Positions 1-12,936 of a DNA stretch of 64,000 nucleotides are shown piece after piece. Both the position numbers and the translations under genes were made by a program. The stretch's first letter is position 1; every line of letters starts with the position of its first letter. The notes beneath the pieces were generated by a model. The model was not told the origin of the DNA and made no database searches. It saw only the letters and a list, made by a program, of their open reading frames with translations. This DNA is from Eledone cirrhosa (lineage: Eukaryota): positions 212,474,001 to 212,538,000 of the forward strand of contig OZ024743.1 of NCBI GenBank assembly GCA_964016885.1. The letters run 5' to 3'.

Positions 1-81
1 TAAAAAGTAGCGAAGCAAGCGGTTATTAAATAATTATCTAAATAAATAAAAAAAACGATTTAAATAATCACCTGTTCCATT

Positions 82-162
82 GCTGTTACCGACGGTTTCA
101 TCATTCCAAAAGATTGGAAATCCAGAGAATTTCCAATGGAAAGAAATGAATCTTCAGACAGC
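82..162 (-). ncRNA. Type I hammerhead ribozyme, long stem II
   Basis: Minus strand: GCTGT-CTGAAGA-[ttcattt..attggaaat/atttccaat..gaatgat]-GAAA-ccgtcgg-TA-ACAGC. Stem I GCTGT/ACAGC, canonical core, GUA cleavage triplet. Confidence 0.85.
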
Positions 163-297
163 CTATTTACACGCCATAAGGTTGCAAGCCCCATAGCAAG
201 TAAATATTTTGCTTCCTGCCTAACGCATGCGGTCAAGCTGCTAAAATGACAAACCGCTTGCTTCGCTACTTTTTATATTGTTCTGGCATCTGGCATA

Positions 298-1420
298 TAA
301 TACGTCATTAATAGGAGCGGAGAAAAACAATTACACGCAAAGACAGAACCACGTTTATAGTATAAAAGAAGTCGTAGACTAATGTTCTCTTAGGTGGTTC
401 ATAGAGACGTTCTCTGGCAATGAACGGAGATAATATGTCATATGTGAAGCGTGGAGAACAATTGCACGCAAAGACAAAACCACGTATGCACAAAACTTTC
501 CTGTATTACAGCCCCACATTATACCCTAACGGATAGTGCGATCTGTACGTGGATATTTTACGTCTTGATGTGGTAGCTAAGTATATGTTATGTTTATACC
601 ATTACTTATTTGCATAGGTAAGTATATATTACCTGTATGTTTTGTGAAGGTACGTATACTTTCTCGTACGTATATTTGATTGTATATGTTATGGCGTATA
701 TTTTTATATATTCTGGTACACATGCTTTTGGTTATGTGTATACGGGAGTTTTGCGTCTGTGTGAGTATGCGGGTTCGTACGTATGTTGGGTGTGTGTATA
801 TGTGTACTTACGGGAGTTTTACGTCTGTGTGAGTATGCGGGTTCGTACGTATGTTGGGTGTGTGTATATGTGTACTTCATGTTTTGGTTGACCTACGTCT
901 CCGAACATTTGTGTATTTACATGTAGGTATGTGTGTGCGCTTGTTATATACGTATTTATTTATTTATATACCTTTATTTAATTACTTATTTATTTGTATA
1001 CACGCACACACACACACACATATTTATATGTGCGTGGTTTTGTATACCTATGGCGAGTGTTTTCGCGTATGCTTGTGTATGTACGTATTTGGATGTGTGT
1101 ATGTATTTATTTAATTTCAATTACCTCTGTATTGTATTTTATTTACTTTATTCTTAACTCTGAAGCGGAGAATCATTCGGTTTCATAGTTAGAATTTTAG
1201 TCTACGACTTCAGCTATACCATTTACGTGGTTTTGTCTTTGCGTGCAATTGTTCTCTACGCTCCACATATGACGTATTATCTTCGTTTTTTTTCCGTTCA
1301 TTGCCAGAGAACGTCTCTATGAACCACCTAACATTAGTCTACGACTTCTTTTATACCATAAACGTGGGTCTGTCTTTGCGTGTAATTGTTTTTCACCACT
1401 CCTATTAATGACGTATTATA
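298..1420. repeat. ~190-bp inverted repeat pair (about 298-487 vs 1224-1420), probable Penelope-like terminal repeat
   Basis: acgcaaagacagaaccacgttt...gtcgtagactaatgtt...gagacgttctctggcaatgaacgg recurs as a diverged reverse complement at 1224-1420. Confidence 0.75.
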
Positions 1421-1541
1421 TTCGTTTTTTCCTGTTCTTTGTCAGGGAACGTTTCCACGAACCAAAGTATCGTCTTCCTGTCTTCCTCCGGTTGCAACAT
1501 TTTTTGAAACATCCACTTCTGCGTTTACAGATTGACTTTGT

Positions 1542-1706
1542 TAGTTTCAGAAGATCCCGTTAAGGGTGAAAGCAGCCATTCTTTGCTTAAACTTTAATCT
1601 GTTATTTTAATAAATATTTGCTCTACGGTTCTTATATATTTGATATATATTTATCCTTATCGAGTCCTCTTTGGATTTTAGTCTTCAAATTTATTATTAT
1701 TACTAT
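1542..1706 (+). mobile_element. Short (TA)n-associated repeat family, 4 copies in window
   Basis: cagaagatcccgttaagggtgaaagcagc.attctttgcttaaactttaatctg recurs at ~3209-3360 (+, preceded by an inverted head), ~13785-13852 (-) and ~19703-19764 (-), each next to (TA)n. Confidence 0.75.
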
Positions 1707-1740
1707 ATATATATAAATATATATATGTATGTATATATAT

Positions 1741-1815
<75 letters not shown>

Positions 1816-1872
1816 GGGGGAAGAATAAGAAATACGAAGTAGTTTCAGATGTTAATGTCCTTTAATGATAAT

Positions 1873-1947
1873 GCTGTGATACATATTTCAATGACGGCAG
1901 TGACCACACGATTCCGTGTACCCAGTGCCGTGACATCATCAGACAGC
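1873..1947 (-). ncRNA. Type I hammerhead ribozyme
   Basis: Minus: GCTGT-CTGATGA-[t gtc acggca..tacacg gaat cgtgtg..tgccgt catt]-GAAA-tatgta-TC-ACAGC. Confidence 0.85.
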
Positions 1948-3361
1948 TTCTTACATAATAAGGTTATGTTCCCGAAGCAATCCAAATTGAATCGACAAGG
2001 GAACGGACAAATCGGGTGTTCTTGAATCCTTCGCCCGTTCCCTTGTGAGTCCCAATTCACCCCCACCGGTTTGTGCAGGCGCAAATCCGAAGGAAGCTGA
2101 TCATCCACTACTCCAAAACTCTACGAAACTCACCTAGGCAGGTCCCCCCATACCCCAACGAAATAATCACCCCCATCCAGGTCTGTAATATGACACGGTT
2201 ATAGTTTACTGCTAGTCGCCCTGCCAGTGGCCTAGTGGTGGTAGCAGAGTATGAGTTTCAATAGGCTTCGATACTACCCCTAAATTATGCTTGGACAGTA
2301 GAATTGACCATCACCCGCAAAGAGAATGTAAACTTAATTCTAGATATTATGGTTTCACAGTGGAAATTATTGTTGAAAATTAGAAATTAAAAATTACAAG
2401 TTAAAATCTTGATTGAAGTAAATAAAAACAAAAAATCTATATATAATGTAAATTATAATAAAGGGAGGAGCGCGGGACTGCGTACGGTTTATAATTTTTT
2501 ATCCCATTAGTAAAATAAGTTGGATTACTTTGAATAAATAATGAATGAATATTACATAATTTATCTACTAAATTTCGTGGCTGTTGATTAAATATATTTT
2601 GTTTATTTAAAGATTCACACTTCTTTAAAATTTCTGAAATGTCAACACTTCCGGTTGGCGATCGCTTGAATAAACATACTAATTTTCTCCTAATGCAGTT
2701 TATATATAATATCGTCTTTTTTTAATGTATCATGGATTACTTTACTGATTACATAAAACAGTGTAACACAGTCTTCGTTCAATTTCTGTGTATATTGTCA
2801 ATTACGATTTTATTTGATGTATCATATCTACATGTATATATACTTGTGTATAATATCAATATACATACTACACATGCTAGCAGAAAACCAGCCCGAAGGG
2901 TAGTTTTTCTGCTAGTAAATAATAAAACAGGAAGATGTTTAAATTAAAGTAAGAAGTTTTGAAAGCGGGATCAATATTACAGATATATTATCCATATATT
3001 GAACGATAGTACCGTACAGTAGAACGGAAAATTATAGTGAGAAATTTTAACATCTGAAACTACTTCGCATTTTCTTATTCTAAATATACCCCGTCACTTC
3101 TATGTGGAAAAAGTACGTTGAGTGCTTGAATTGAATTGCATCAATATTTACCGTAAGTATGTGTATATATATATATTAATATAACAGATTAAAGTTTAAG
3201 CAAAGAATCGTTAAGGGTGAAAGCAGCGATTCTTTGCTTAAACTTTAATCTGTTATTTTAATAAATATTTGCTCTACGGTTCTTATATATTTGATATATA
3301 TTTATCCTTATCGAGCCCTCTTTGGATTTTAGTCTTCACATTTATTATTATTACTATATAT

Positions 3362-3454
3362 GGGGCGGTGGATTAGCAGTATCGGTAGAGGGTCAGACGC
3401 CTTGCTTTGCAGCATAGAGTTACGGCTCTTTATGATCTGAGCTCAAATCCCGCC

Positions 3455-3458
<4 letters not shown>
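3362..3458 (+). mobile_element. tRNA-derived SINE, 5' part
   Basis: ggcggtggattagcagtatcggtagag...ctgagctcaaatcccgccgag; A/B-box-like head matching other SINE copies in the window. Confidence 0.6.
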
Positions 3459-3515
<57 letters not shown>

Positions 3516-3695
3516 TACTATATATAGGATCGATCGGCTTTCGTCAAATCGGACCGAGGAAACAATGTTTCCGTTAGTCTTTCCAGTTGCTAATACTATG
3601 TATCGGTTGCAACTCCAGGTAGAAGGAACAACGTGAAATAAACTGTCTTGCTCAAGGACAATTGTTTCACCTTAGCGGATCCTCAGCTCGTAATC

Positions 3696-3731
3696 GAGCT
3701 GAGGATCCGCTAAGGTGAAACAATTGTTCTC
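3696..3731 (+). ncRNA. Minimal type I hammerhead within a 70-bp fold-back (3658-3727)
   Basis: GAG-CTGAGGA-tcc gctaa ggt-GAAA-caattg-TT-CTC with palindromic stem III; 3658-3690 is the reverse complement of 3695-3727. Confidence 0.75.
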
Positions 3732-3827
3732 AGTATGGTGAACTAACTGTTGTGTAACCACTTCTACTTAACTTGTCCTATGGACTGAGTGCTCTACCAC
3801 TACGGATATTACCTTCCAGTGTTCTAC

Positions 3828-3886
<59 letters not shown>

Positions 3887-4823
3887 TGTATGTGAGTGTG
3901 TAACCAGTTGCAACTGCATGGACCAAAATACCCGAAGCACTGTGAATATAACTGACTCTCTATAACTCACCCCCACTCAGACATTTATCATGGATTTTTT
4001 CCTTCTATGTTTCCTTCATTCTCTCTATAAGTCTTTTTACCTTATATTTATATATATTTTTCCCCCCTTTATTTTATTCTATGTATAATCCCTTTTTCCC
4101 CGTTTTTTCCCCTGTTCTTCCTTACTTGTACACTTTTCCTTAAACCATAAATGTATCTTTTTGTCTCCACTGGATTGACCGGGATACCAACTGTAGGATT
4201 GTTTAATTTTTAATTTTTACATTTGTTTAATTTTTTTACATTCGTTTATTTTTAATTTTAACACTCGTTAAATTAGATACTTTAAATTTTAAATGTCATC
4301 CACGACAAGTGGTCAGATATCTTCTTATCCTTAGCAGATTGACTGTTGCCTAGTTGTCTGGACTCTTAATTTTTAACTATTAACGTCTGAAACTTAGAAT
4401 TTTTTTCGAGTTGTGAAACTTTAAATATTTTCTATGATAAGTTGTATTAACCATAGCAGAAGGGAACTTTCTCGCTTCGGGGTGATTATCCCACCATAAA
4501 CAGATGGCGGGCACAAATGCACCAAAATCCTACCGGTTGCCAAAGCTAGCAGTAAATTTTGGCTGGCTTGAACTCCCACTGGTCATATCGAGTTGATGGC
4601 CGAGGAGGTGGGAGATTGGTAGATAGAGAGAACATACAAGGTTGGTAGTATTCTGGGTGTAGGTGAAGGGGGCAGCCTCCCACACACCCCTGCGACATGC
4701 GCAGAGCTGTCTGGATGGCCTGAAACCAGAAGAGGGCGGACAATCAAAGCAAAAACACATTTTTTTAGTACGCTCCCTTCCAAATAAAATTACCTCAGAA
4801 CTGTTACCTTTTAATCAATTTTT

Positions 4824-4873
4824 GCTGTCTGAAGATATCACGATGTTATCGTCAATGAAATATATATAACGGC
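4824..4873 (+). ncRNA. Minimal type I hammerhead ribozyme
   Basis: GCTGT-CTGAAGA-[tatc acgat gtt atcgt caat]-GAAA-tatata-TA-ACGGC, followed by AATAAA. Confidence 0.8.
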
Positions 4874-5011
4874 TCAAATAATAAAGGACTCTAACACCTT
4901 CAACATCTCATTTTCATCTTTATTAATATACTCCGTCACCTCTGTCATTGGGAATATGGCGTTGAGTGGTATAAGTGAATTTCATCCTTGTATACCGAAT
5001 ATATATATATA

Positions 5012-5422
5012 TAATTAAGTTAAAAATGTACATCTACATATGCATACTGAAATACTAGTGTGTATATGAATACACACACGTATACATATGTAGGTGTACC
5101 AAGTCTTTCACTGGTCGCTTTACAGTGAGCGGCCCAGCTATTCTGTATGTAAACACACAGACAAACCGGTTTTTAGAGTCATACTGGTTTTTCGGGGGAA
5201 CACCTTCCCCCTATTCTTCAGAAAGCCAGACAAGGAATATTGAACTAGTTTCGTTGTTGTTACAACTCATCAGCAATATTTACCTATCTACCGGCCTTTC
5301 TGGAGAATTGTAAAAGCACACCAGTGAAAGACTTGGTACACCTACATATGTATACGTGTGTGTATTCATATACACACTAGTATTTCAGTATGCATATGTA
5401 GATGTACATTTTTAACTTAATT
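5012..5422. mobile_element. Fold-back module: ~104-bp inverted arms around a hammerhead, near (TA)n on both sides
   Basis: aattaagttaaaaatgtacatc...gtctttcactggt (5012-5115) is the reverse complement of 5320-5422. Confidence 0.8.
5236..5280 (-). ncRNA. Minimal type I hammerhead ribozyme
   Basis: Minus: AATATTG-CTGATGA-gttgt aaca acaac-GAAA-ctag-TT-CAATATT; 7-bp stem I, palindromic stem III. Confidence 0.9.
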
Positions 5423-5489
5423 GTTTAAGCGTCAGTCATACAAAAGTGAGTTACAAACGAAACGAAATTTAATTTCGTTTCGTTATTTG

Positions 5490-5542
<53 letters not shown>

Positions 5543-5677
5543 CAGCTCGAGGAACGATCGATTATGTGTTAACACATATCTGAGGAGCCTCCGATTCCAG
5601 AGTCAGGATCGATCATTAATCAAACATATATAATATGTAATTAAATATGTATATGATGCAATACTGATTCTTTGCTC

Positions 5678-5733
<56 letters not shown>

Positions 5734-5909
5734 AAGGTCATATTGTTGTAATAATATTGCCAGAAATAATAACAGAACACACTCACTGTTTGCTGTTTGG
5801 TTAGGTTTTCGCTTCTGTATCTTTTATATATCCATAGTTAATTTATTTGGCAAACAATGTTTATCATTGATTGACCAACGGTTAAAAATACAAATATAAA
5901 TATATATAT

Positions 5910-6810
5910 ATAGTCTACCAAAGTTCTTTCGTTGCACATCTGCAACATCATCAGTAGTACTATTATGTTCCCTCCTATTGTATTGTAATGTCTACGCCAT
6001 TTTTATTTTATTTATTTATGTATTCTTGTCTCAGTCTCTGCGCATGCGCTTGCGTGTGTGTATAATGTTTGGTGTGTGTGTTCGCGTTTGAGTGTATGTG
6101 TTTTTGTTTTTATATTCTATCTTTGTTCACTAGTGTGTGTTTATGTGTATATATTTATTTATTTATTTATTTATATTTCCCTTAAGTCAGTATTGTTTGT
6201 TCAGGTATGATTGTTGTTATTCCATTCATTTTTTCTGTTTAACTTTGGTTTTCTTAGCTCTATCTCAGTTGCTTCTTTGCGGAGCCCATACAAGGTTGAT
6301 ATGTCATTATTAGACGTTTGGAAGTTGTTAGCTGTGCGTCTACCTGGCTTTAGGATGTCGGTCCACATCAACATGTGGACGTTGAGGATCTTCTCTCTCT
6401 CCTCGTGTGTTTGTTGTGCTGTTTCGCTCGTGTTGATGATGTGGGGTTGCATAGCCTTGATATAGTTCGGCATGCTGTCTATAGACATCCTACCAGATTT
6501 ATCTGTTGGTAGACACACTACCCCACCATCCATTGTGCGCTGCTTGAGGCTAAGTAGGCCTTCTACAGGTTTTCTTCCAAGTTGTTGAATTTCTGGTCTG
6601 CTCTGTCTCTTAGTATATTGGTCTACTACTTGTCTAATTTTATTTCTAGCTATGGTAAACTGTGCCTCTGTGTCGTCATCTATTTGTTGTGGTATACAAA
6701 CTCTTTTATTAAAAGGTAATTTAGTGGGTTAAAATGTGTTCATCTTGTATGTTTTGTCAGCTGGGTTGAAGAATAGGTTCTCTAAGGGGATGTCATTAAA
6801 TCTACCGTAT
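5910..6810 (-). mobile_element. Degenerate Penelope-like retroelement fragment with 3' terminal repeat
   Basis: ORF 6201-6533 VCLPTDKSGRMSIDSMPNYIKAM resembles the PLE pre-RT (P/T)DKG motif; a hammerhead lies at its 3' end and it ends in (TA)n. Confidence 0.6.
5916..5959 (-). ncRNA. Minimal type I hammerhead ribozyme
   Basis: Minus: TACTA-CTGATGA-t gttgca gatg tgcaac-GAAA-gaac-TT-TGGTA. Confidence 0.75.
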
Positions 6811-6902
6811 GACCCCCCCCCCAAGTATAACAATATTTGTTTCGACACACGATTTCAAATCAAAAACCTTGCAAAACAAATTCATATATATATATATATA
6901 TA

Positions 6903-8530
6903 TCATCATCATCATCATCATCACCATTTTACGCCCGTTTTTCCACGCTAGCATGGGTTAGACGGGTTGTCCTGTTGTGGGCAGTATCCGGTCGGCTGAC
7001 CTTGTCTTGCTCATACGGGAACTGATTCTGGCTTGATTTCTACAGCTGGATACCCTTCCTAACACCAACCTCATTTACAGTGAGTGCTGGGTGCTTTTTT
7101 TCCGTGGCACCTACACGTCCACTTTACAGTGTGGGCTGGGTGCTTTTTTGCCGTGGCTCTTCCACGACCACTTTGCAGTGGGAGGGTGTGGGGGCATATT
7201 GTCTATATGCTTCAGCTTCGGCTTGTACCCGTGGGGGGGGGGGGTCTTCTGTATTACTGCGTGACACCAGAGGTCACAGTAGTGTGTTATCGCCTTTGAG
7301 AGGTGCAATTGGGTAAGGTCGGCTTTTATCACCTCATCCCAGGTCTTGTTGGGTCTCCCCACTCTGCGGCTTCCATCGACTTCTAGTGCTCTGCACCTTT
7401 TTATGCAGCTGTCATCCTTCATACGCATCACATGTCCATACCAACGCAACCTCCTCTTCTGCACACAGCATTTGATTCCTCTTATGCTCAGTCTCTCTCA
7501 ATTCGTTTACGCATTGCCGTTCGCGTATATTACTATTACACATCCATCGGAGCATGCAAGCTTCGTTTATTTCTAATCTACGCAAGTCTTCTACAGACAG
7601 CGCTCAGGTCTCACTACCATGTAACATTGCTGTTCGTATAAACGCTACAGTCTGCCTTTCATTTTGAGGGGAAAGCCTTTTGCAGCTAGCAGTGGCAGTA
7701 GCTCCCTGAACTTCTTCCACCCCGTTCTTACGCTGCAAATTCGGTCACCTAGGTAGCAGAAGCTGTCTACGGTTTCTACAGAGCCCTCCCAGAGTTTGGT
7801 GGTGCTCGTATCCTGTGGCCGTTTGCTGCTTGCTGTCCCAGCGCAGCTGCTACATGTAAAGCCTACATTCTTAGCTAAGCTTCCTGAGATCCCACTACAT
7901 CTCTTGTGTAGCCATTGTTTGCATCTGGGGCAAAGGATGGAGTTTCTACCTACACCTTTCCCTCATACTGAGCAAGGCCATTTCCCTGAGGGGATCTGGG
8001 TTGTTTTCTCGTCTACTTACGAGAACCTTAATCTTTGTCAGGTTGACTTTGAAACCCTTTCTTTCTCGTCCCTGCTTCCATGTTTGGAATTTCTTCTCTA
8101 GTTCCACCATAGATTCAGCTATAAGTGTGAGATCATCCGCATATAGGAGTTCCCATGGGCATCCGTTCTTAAACTCCTCCGTTATTGTCTGCAATACTAT
8201 AATGAACAGGAGAGGGCTATGAACAGAGCCCTGCTGGACATCGATCTGTATGCTAAATTCCTCGCTATAGTCATTGCTAATCCAAACTTTGCTGACTGCT
8301 CCCCTATGCATGGCTTGTACAGCTTTCACAAGCCATTCATCTACTCCTAATTTTCTAAGAGCCCACCAGATTATAGCACGAGGGACTCGTTCGAAGGCTT
8401 TTTCCAGATCGACAAATGCTAGGTAGAGCGGCTTACTTTTAGCTAAGTACTTTTCCTGTAACTGCCTCACAAGGAAGAGGGCATCAGTGGTGCCTTTTCC
8501 TGGCACAAACCCAAATTGCATCTCATCTAT
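6903..8530 (-). mobile_element. RTE-clade LINE, 5'-truncated and frameshifted
   Basis: QFGFVPGKGTTDA, FVDLEKAF, QQGS..SPLLF, LLYADD, RRLRWYGHVMRM; (GAT)n tail appears as (CAT)n at 6903-6925. Confidence 0.92.
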
Positions 8531-8571
8531 ATAGATATATATAATTCTATATATACATGAGTGTGTGTGTG

Positions 8572-8635
<64 letters not shown>

Positions 8636-8952
8636 CTCCTATGTTATCATCAAAAAGGCTCTTTGGAACGAAAAATCAACGACGAAAAGCAACACAGGGG
8701 AACAATGCGGTACAATGAAGATATATATTAGTTTAACGCTAGATATAGTAGGAAATGTATATTAACGTTTCAGGCGTTAATCCTTCATCGGCAAATAAAA
8801 TAAGAGATAGACGAGAGGGGAAGAAACGGAAATTTATTTTTTACATACAAGCTCGTGTGTGATTAGTCAGCTAAAACAAATGAATACCAGTTGTTATTGT
8901 TTAGTCCCGATTCAACCCTAATCGAGCAGGACTATAACCAAGGTATTGTAAC

Positions 8953-9103
8953 CAGTGCTGGATTTACCATTGTGCTTAGGTGTGTTTGGCCAGAGGCGAA
9001 CACATCTTTCTGCCAAAATAAATGTTTAGCTCCTTCAGGGCCCAAGTAAGGGGCCTCATAACTTAATTAGCACAGGGCCTCATTTGTCCTAAATCCGGCA
9101 CTG
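8953..9103. mobile_element. hAT-type MITE
   Basis: TIRs CAGTGCTGGATTTA / TAAATCCGGCACTG; 8-bp TSD attgtaac / gttgtaac (one mismatch). Confidence 0.8.
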
Positions 9104-9434
9104 GTTGTAACTGTTATAAACCCGTCTTTTTAACGGTATGTAAGACATTAACCGTTGTGTCCTTCCATTTTTTATGACGGTAGGATATGTTTTTTAAAGA
9201 GATTTGACTGTTATTTCTAACAGATCAAACCGTTAGTTTGTATAAATACCAGTAATATATAGAATTGATTCTATCAACTATTTCCATCCCCAACGAAACA
9301 TTTGTCTAGTGAATCCCAATAATTATTACTGTTTTTATTTCACATATACATTGATAAGATCGGTTCCTATGAATATTAACTATTCTGCTATTGTAATGAA
9401 TGTTACGTTTATTATCATTTCAATGTTATGAACT

Positions 9435-9550
9435 GTGGATTGCCAGTATCGGTAAAGCGTCGGACAAAATGCTTTGCGGCATATAGATACGGCCCTTTAC
9501 TTTCTGAGTTCAAATTTCGCCGAGGTTAACTTAGCCTTTCATCCTTACGT
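9435..9550 (+). mobile_element. tRNA-derived SINE
   Basis: gagttcaaatttcgccgaggttaacttagcctttcatcc core shared with copies at ~11410-11630(-), ~13885-14015(+), ~37270-37410(-) and ~45430-45610(-). Confidence 0.7.
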
Positions 9551-10687
9551 TTGTTTTTTTCCAGGGACTATGTTGAAAAATAAACCTCATTTGGTCATTC
9601 CTCGAGAGTATTTGGGTCAGCTTATAAAATGTTCAACCGACCCTTGTATAAAATATAACCATGTCCTTGACACCTATTCTGCGGAAGTTTCTAGAAATCA
9701 TTACGTACATACACCGCAAGCCCTCTCATTCATAAGAAAGGATAAATGAGATTACACGAAATGTTCTAGTAAGTTTCAATACTGTTTATCTGATTTACCC
9801 GACGACATTCAACACATTATTTGAACCTGCTAATGCTTTCTTTTCTCTTTCTTTCTTTTGAATGTTTTCTTTATTTCTTTACACAAAACAAATCTTGAAC
9901 ATTTTAGATTATTTATAACCGATGTATATATATGTGTGTGGGGGCGGGGCGGGGGGACGTGTGTGTGTGTGCGCGTGTGTGTGTATGTGTGTCTCTATGC
10001 GCGCGTGTGTGTGTGTTGTTGTTGTTGTCGTGGTGGTGATGGTTGTTGTTGTGGTGGTGATGGTGGTGATGCTGGTGGTGGTGGTGGTGGTGATGCTGGT
10101 ATTGGTGGTAGTGGTGGGTTTTTTTTCTTCTTGTTTAACCCCAGGTCTGTCTAAGCGAGCAGACCTACGATCAAAAACATTCCAATCGTATCCTCTCTTC
10201 TCCTCATTACCGGGTGACGGGGACCTTGGGCAATTGCACCAATGCTCTCCACTAACCCCTCTCCCTATCTACGACTGTGCACTCCACCAGCATTCTTCAC
10301 GTCCAATCCTTGATGCCATCACACCAGTGTCTTCTTGGTCTTTCTATGGATCTTCTGCCATCGATGCATCCCTCTAGGATGTGGGTGCAGAGGTTCTGGG
10401 CCCAGCTGACTTTGCTAAAGAATTATAGCTTTCGCTTTCTCTCTAGGACTACATTATTCAATGTATTTCTTTATTTTAAGACAGTAAGGTATAGTATTTT
10501 GTGAATGAGATTTGGATGCCATTCAGTGAAGTGTTGCTGGGGGTATGTGATGTGCAGCTGCACCCCCCAAAAAATTGTTGTAGGAAAATTCTAAAATTTT
10601 CAAAAAATATTGTATACTTTCCTCGTTTATTTTAATTACACAAAACATAATAAAATATATACAACACAATAATGAATAAAGTTGTCA

Positions 10688-10708
10688 TCTATATATATAA
10701 AACTGATG

Positions 10709-10778
<70 letters not shown>

Positions 10779-11408
10779 TCGCGCGCGCGCGTGTGTGTGT
10801 GAAACTCGAGAAGTACCCAACCGATCTTTTTCAAACTTTACATGTGTATTACTTATATTTCAGGAAGTGTTATGCACATAAAAAAATTCAACTTTTTGAT
10901 CCCCTAGGGCCCGCATTAGGTGAAAAACTGCATTTTCCCCACCTTTTTAGGGTTTTTTGAGGCGTTATGTCAGGCCGATTTCCTTGAAATTGTAACTATG
11001 TATTAGTCAGTCTCTTCTTCATACCGTGAGCAAAGAAAATCCAACTTTTTTATGGCCTAGGGCCCGCATTAGGTGAAAAACTTCATTTTTTTTCAGCTTT
11101 TTAGGACTTTTTTAAGGCGTTACGTCTTACGATTTTTAAGGCGTTACGTCTTACGATTTTCCCGAAATTTCAAGGCATATTATGCACATAAAAAAAATCA
11201 TTTTCTTGATCCCCTAGGGCCCGCATTAAGTGAAAACCTGCCTTTTTTCCTGCTTCATCGAGGAAAATCTTAGATTATCCAGCCATCAGAGTATTCGGTT
11301 TATTTTCTGTACATATTGTCCAGGCATGCAGTTTTTCCACGATTAGGTCTGTTGGCGGCCCGCGTTCCAAAATACCTTATTCCGTGCAACGCCGGGTACC
11401 ACTGCTAG
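10688..11408 (+). mobile_element. Non-autonomous Helitron
   Basis: Inserted between A and T; 5' TCTATATATATAAAA; internal (GT)n and three cctagggcccgcatta subrepeats; 3' hairpin ccgtgcaacgccgg then CTAG. Confidence 0.8.
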
Positions 11409-11409
11409 T

Positions 11410-11630
11410 AATTATTCTTTCTGATTTAGGCAGAAGGCCAACAGTTTGGGGAGGAAGGGACAAGTCGATTAAATCGACGCCAGTGCATTACAGGTACTTT
11501 ATTTTATCGACCCAGTATGGATGAAAAGCACAACTAACCTCAGCGGGATTTGAAGTCAGAACATAAAGTGATGTAACTCTATGCTGCGAAGCATGATGTC
11601 CAACGCTTTACCGATTCTACCAATCCAATT
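11410..11630 (-). mobile_element. tRNA-derived SINE
   Basis: ggtacttt.attttatcgaccc...atgaaaagca...gggatttgaa on +, the reverse complement of the SINE core. Confidence 0.7.
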
Positions 11631-11986
11631 AGCGTGCATAAACATTTATGTAGGAAAATTATGAACGTCTGCACCCCCCAAAAAAATGATAGTAGCAAAA
11701 TGTTTATGATGCAGTTATGAGAAGATTGAGCACCACGTAGAAACTCCATCGCTGGTTCGTATATTTATATGTCAAAATTATGTAATCTTACTGAGAATGA
11801 ATCAATTATATATATCGCAAGTTCTCGAGGAAACGCCACGTGTCGGAATAAACCTAGTATCAAGCTCTATGGCTGTCTTCAACTCTGAGTTATGATCTCT
11901 TAGTAGAACGACGTGATAAACAACTATAGATAAATCATTGTTCCAAAGAGCCGTTTTGATGGTAACACGCACACACACACACACAC

Positions 11987-12035
<49 letters not shown>

Positions 12036-12050
12036 CACACACACGCACAC

Positions 12051-12146
<96 letters not shown>

Positions 12147-12157
12147 GTATATAATAT

Positions 12158-12545
12158 GTAACAAGCTTGATGTATTCCACCGTCGTTGCATTCGGACCAT
12201 ATTGAAAATGTCATGGAGAGACCAAGTTAGCAACGAGGAAGTGATTAGGAGGTCAGGATTGGAGAGGTTAAGGGACATTGTCCGGAAAAGGAGACGGCGG
12301 TTCGCGGGTCACATCCTTCGTTTGCCGGCAGATCGACCTGCTCATATTGCCATGGATTGGGTACCAGAAGGTAGTAGGAGAGAACGTGGAAGACCACGAA
12401 AAACATGGCGGAGCACATTCAGGGAGGACCTGCAGGAGATTGGGATTACCTGGAGAGGTGCTAGAAGGGCCGCCAGTGACAGGATCAAGTGGAGGAAGCT
12501 CGTCGCCCAATGTTCCACAAGGGACTGGAGGAACTAAGACTAATA
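12158..12545 (+). mobile_element. RTE-clade LINE 3' fragment
   Basis: KLDVFHRRCIRTILKMSWRDQVSNEEV...RRRRFAGHILR...RGRPRKTWR, a typical RTE C-terminus; short actaag tail. Confidence 0.88.
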
Positions 12546-12630
12546 TATAATATATATACAATGAATCTTGATGTCGATTTAACCCCCAAATCTCTTTCCA
12601 AACTATGTAAAGAACACTTGTGACTGTTTA

Positions 12631-12670
12631 TGCCCTTGAGAAGCCCAACTGGGCGAAACGTACGTAGGTG
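12631..12670 (+). ncRNA. Minimal hammerhead, U3-A8 variant (weak stem I)
   Basis: CC-TTGAGAA-gccc aact gggc-GAAA-cgtacg-TA-GG. Confidence 0.65.
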
Positions 12671-12885
12671 ATATTTTCAATAAGCATGTTTTAACGGTCT
12701 ATTCTCCGATTTTTCACTTTCCCACGTGCTTACGCTCTGCTAATTCTCTAGCCCACTAAATATTAACACTTCGAATATTTAATACTGTCGGCACTAGTAT
12801 CGAGCACCTTTGGCATACGCTACTTGGCAAATAACTATATGTATCACCTATCCCTCCTTTTCTTCTCTCTTTCTCGATACGTAAA

Positions 12886-12931
<46 letters not shown>

Positions 12932-12936
<5 letters not shown>

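Noticed and set aside
3000-3160. Possible non-coding host exon ending at acc|gtaagt (~3153)
   Set aside because: Only a donor-like motif; no acceptor, ORF or transcript evidence links it to the protease gene.
11820-11855. GAAA-cgccacgtg-TC-gg-AATAAA
   Set aside because: Only the 3' half of a hammerhead; the CUGANGA half is absent.
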